Below are positions 61,537 to 64,000 of a stretch of 64,000 nucleotides of DNA, in pieces. Every line of letters begins with the position of its first letter. The stretch's first letter is position 1. Below the pieces are notes generated by a model that saw only the letters and a program-made list of their open reading frames with translations, was not told the DNA's origin and did no database searches. Position numbers and translations under genes: made by a program. The DNA comes from an uncultured Acidobacteriota bacterium (GTDB lineage Bacteria; Acidobacteriota; Vicinamibacteria; Fen-336), in NCBI GenBank assembly GCA_963720545.1, contig OY970399.1, forward strand, positions 224,001-288,000, given 5' to 3'.

Positions 61537-62697
61537 TTAGGTCACCACCGCGACGCCGACGATCTTGCCCTTCTGCTTGATGGCCATGCGGCCGAGGGAC
61601 GAATGCGACACTTCCGCGACCAGTGGCGTCTCGAGCAGCAGGCGCACCTGGCCGACCTCGCCGATACCCGTCTCCCCGAGGGCCTCGAAGCGGCCCTTCG
61701 ACTCGGCGGTGCCGCACTCGATCATGACGTCAGGCGGCGTCGCCTCGAGGAAGATCACTGGCGCCGTCACTTCCGAGCGAGGGGTCGGCGGCTGCCCGGG
61801 AGGGCACAGCACGGCACCCCGCCCGAGATCGGCAGGATGCGGCTCCATCACCAGGCCGACGTTGTCGCCCTTGCGGGCTTCGGCCACCGGCTCGTTGCCG
61901 ACCATGATCTTCACTACCGTGGCGATCGTGCCGCCGGGCGCGATCGACACGCGGTCGCCCTGGCGCAACGCACCGCTCTCGATCCGGCCCACCACCAGCC
62001 CGTTGCCGCCGTTGCGCTTGTAGACGCCTTGCACCGGCAGGCGCAGCGGTTCGCCGTGGACTTCGTCGTGCGGCTCGATCGACTCCATCGCCTCGAACAG
62101 GGTCGGCCCCTTGTACCAGGGCATCTTGTCCGAACGCGTGACGATGTTGTCGCCGGTCTTCGCTGCGACCGGAATGAACGAGATCTTCTCGTGGCCGCCG
62201 CCGAACACCTCGATGACGCCGGCCTTCATCTTGTCGAAGGCAGCCTGCTCGTAACCGACCGCGTCCATCTTGTTGATGGCCACGATCAGCCGGCCGAGGC
62301 CGAGCCAGCGCGCGAGCCGCAGGTGCTGGCCGGTCTGCGCGCCGATGCCCTCCTTCGCCGAGGCGATGAGGATGCCGGCGTCGGCATGCGACGCGCCGGT
62401 GAGCATGTTCTTGATGAGCGTCTCATGCCCGGGAACGTCGATGCAGTCGTAGAGATACCGCTTGCCCTTGATCTGGGCGTGGATGACGTCGATCGTCATG
62501 CCGTCGCGGCGTTCTTCCTGGAACGCGTCGAGCAGGAACGCGTACTCGAACTCGAGACCCAGGGAGTCGGAAGTGGCCTTGGCCTCGCGGACCTTGTCTT
62601 CCATGACGCTGCCGGTGTCGCAGAGCAGCCGGCCGATGGTCGTTGACTTGCCGTGGTCCTTGTGGCCCAGCAGCGTGATGTGGAGCCGTTTCGCCAT
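61537..62697 (-). CDS. cysN: Sulfate adenylyltransferase subunit 1 (CysN-like GTPase), short form without an APS kinase domain
   Basis: GHKDHGKST, ERRDGMTID, DVPGH, NKMD; abuts cysD. Confidence 0.85.
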   Translation of the reverse strand: MAKRLHITLLGHKDHGKSTTIGRLLCDTGSVMEDKVREAKATSDSLGLEFEYAFLLDAFQEERRDGMTIDVIHAQIKGKRYLYDCIDVPGHETLIKNMLTGASHADAGILIASAKEGIGAQTGQHLRLARWLGLGRLIVAINKMDAVGYEQAAFDKMKAGVIEVFGGGHEKISFIPVAAKTGDNIVTRSDKMPWYKGPTLFEAMESIEPHDEVHGEPLRLPVQGVYKRNGGNGLVVGRIESGALRQGDRVSIAPGGTIATVVKIMVGNEPVAEARKGDNVGLVMEPHPADLGRGAVLCPPGQPPTPRSEVTAPVIFLEATPPDVMIECGTAESKGRFEALGETGIGEVGQVRLLLETPLVAEVSHSSLGRMAIKQKGKIVGVAVVT

Positions 62698-63480
62698 TTA
62701 CATGTACCCCAGGGCGCGCAGGCGCTGCATGACGCTTTCCTGCTCCTTGTCCTGCATGCGGCCGGCGCGCTCCGAAGTCTTGGTGGTGCGCAGGTCCTCG
62801 ATGATCTCCTCGATGGTCGACGCGTTCGAGTCGACGCCGACCGTGCACTGCGTGCAGCCGAGGCTGCGGTAGCGGATGCCGTCGCGCGCGAAGTACAACG
62901 GGTTCACCGGGATGTTCTCCTGCTGGATGTAGAGCCACATGTCGAGCTCGGTCCAGTGCAGAAGGGGATGGACGCGGGTGTGCGAGGCCTTCTCCTCCTG
63001 GGAGATGAAGTCCCAGATCTCGGCGGCCTGGTTCTTGTAGTCCCAGCGGAACTCCTCGTCGCGCGGCGAGAAGTAGCGCTCCTTGCCGCGGATGCCGTGC
63101 TCGTCGCGGCGGATCGAGACGAACAGCGCGTCGAACTTGCGCTCGTCGAGCAGCTTCTTCAGCGCGTCCGTCTTGTTGGCGCCGCAGCAGCGGATTCCCG
63201 AAATGTCGTCCTTGATGATGCTCGGCACCGCGAGGACGTCGAGGTTCCATTCCTTGCCGAGCCGCTCGCGCAGCTCGTACGTCTCGGGGAAGTCGATGCC
63301 GTTGTCGATGTGGATCAGGGGAAAGGGCACCTCGCCAAAAAACGCCTTGCGCGCCAGGGCGACGAGCACGGTCGAATCCTTGCCGGTGCTCCACAGGGCC
63401 GCGAGGTTCTTGAACTTCGCGTTCGTCTCCCTGATCACGTAGATGCTGCGTTCTTCCAGTTCCTTCAAATGCTCGCTCAT
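62698..63480 (-). CDS. cysD: Sulfate adenylyltransferase subunit 2
   Basis: LEERSIYVIRE, PP-loop WSTGKDS, RRDE..R.KERYFS, RVHPLLHWTE, YRSLGC, ERAGR, LGYM. Confidence 0.9.
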   Translation of the reverse strand: MSEHLKELEERSIYVIRETNAKFKNLAALWSTGKDSTVLVALARKAFFGEVPFPLIHIDNGIDFPETYELRERLGKEWNLDVLAVPSIIKDDISGIRCCGANKTDALKKLLDERKFDALFVSIRRDEHGIRGKERYFSPRDEEFRWDYKNQAAEIWDFISQEEKASHTRVHPLLHWTELDMWLYIQQENIPVNPLYFARDGIRYRSLGCTQCTVGVDSNASTIEEIIEDLRTTKTSERAGRMQDKEQESVMQRLRALGYM

Positions 63481-63548
63481 TGCTCTCCTCGTGCTTCTGG
63501 TATCAGGTCAGCTGTTATGAAAGCCGTACATCCCACAATAGAACGCAC

Positions 63549-64000
63549 TTACGATTCCTGCACGGGCCGCAGCCTGAAAGTGCCCGCCACACGGGCCAGC
63601 TCCCGGCGGCTGAAGGTGCCGAGAACGCCCAGAAGAATTACGTAGACGATGAGTCCGAAGAGGCCGCCGAGCGCCACGACCGGCAGCGGCTGGTCGCGCA
63701 CCAGGTAGCAGACGGCGCCGAAGCCGGCGCCGGCGATGAGCGGCCGCCACAGGAGCCCAAGGCTCGCGAGGCCGCCGCCCAGGCGGCCGATGACCACGAT
63801 GCCGGCGATGAACAAGGCGAACTCGGAGGCCACGCTCGCGATGGCCGCGCCGCGGAAGCCGAGGCTCGGGATGAGTGCGAGGTCGAGCGCCACGTTCACG
63901 AGCAAGGAGATCCCGACGCAGGCAGTGTACGTGCGCAGGTGGCCGAGGCCGGTGAAGAGATACCGGTAGATGGAGGTCGCAAGCAGCAGCAGCGGCACCG
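63549..64000 (-). CDS. Polysaccharide flippase (Wzx/MurJ-like), C-terminal part; truncated at the right edge
   Basis: NVALDLALIPSLGFRGAAIASVASE, multiple TM helices. Confidence 0.8.
   Translation of the reverse strand, partial: VPLLLLATSIYRYLFTGLGHLRTYTACVGISLLVNVALDLALIPSLGFRGAAIASVASEFALFIAGIVVIGRLGGGLASLGLLWRPLIAGAGFGAVCYLVRDQPLPVVALGGLFGLIVYVILLGVLGTFSRRELARVAGTFRLRPVQES

Noticed and set aside
61537..62697. EF-Tu/EF-1alpha call for the GTPase
   Set aside because: It directly follows cysD and has a reduced C-terminal domain, so CysN fits better.

Overview
High-GC bacterial chromosomal segment. Gene content and order (fused LptC/LptA-lptB-rpoN-hpf-rapZ, fused E1 alpha/beta, giant NtrY-like kinase) suggest Acidobacteriota, probably Vicinamibacteria-like; this is inference. 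About 58 CDS; no rRNA, tRNA, CRISPR array or mobile element was recognised. Most of the window is housekeeping: mutS, pfkA, tsaB, rimI, psd/pssA, cyoE, guaA, dnaE, accA, lpt, rpoN, tolQRAB-cpoB-ssb, recN, miaB, parAB. The standout is a compact lipid locus at 49008-55277. It encodes a serine-palmitoyltransferase-like alpha-oxoamine synthase, an acetoacetate-decarboxylase-fold protein apparently lacking the Schiff-base Lys, a DAG/sphingosine/ceramide-kinase homologue, a PlsC-type acyltransferase, a Tam41/CpgC-like nucleotidyltransferase and a CDP-alcohol phosphotransferase, with a divergent fatty-acid/ceramide hydroxylase. It looks like a phosphosphingolipid pathway lacking the known GNAT ceramide synthase (bCerS), ceramide reductase (CerR) and ACP, so it may be an undescribed route. 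Other notable items: back-to-back sigma54 promoters for a cyclic beta-1,2-glucan synthase and a stress operon; a Tol operon without pal that runs into a type III PKS cluster; a diverged duplicate of a TlpA C-terminus; and the edge of a probable sulfated-polysaccharide locus (wzx-cysD-cysN) with two paralogous secreted glycoside hydrolases. Several start codons were re-called by eye and are approximate.
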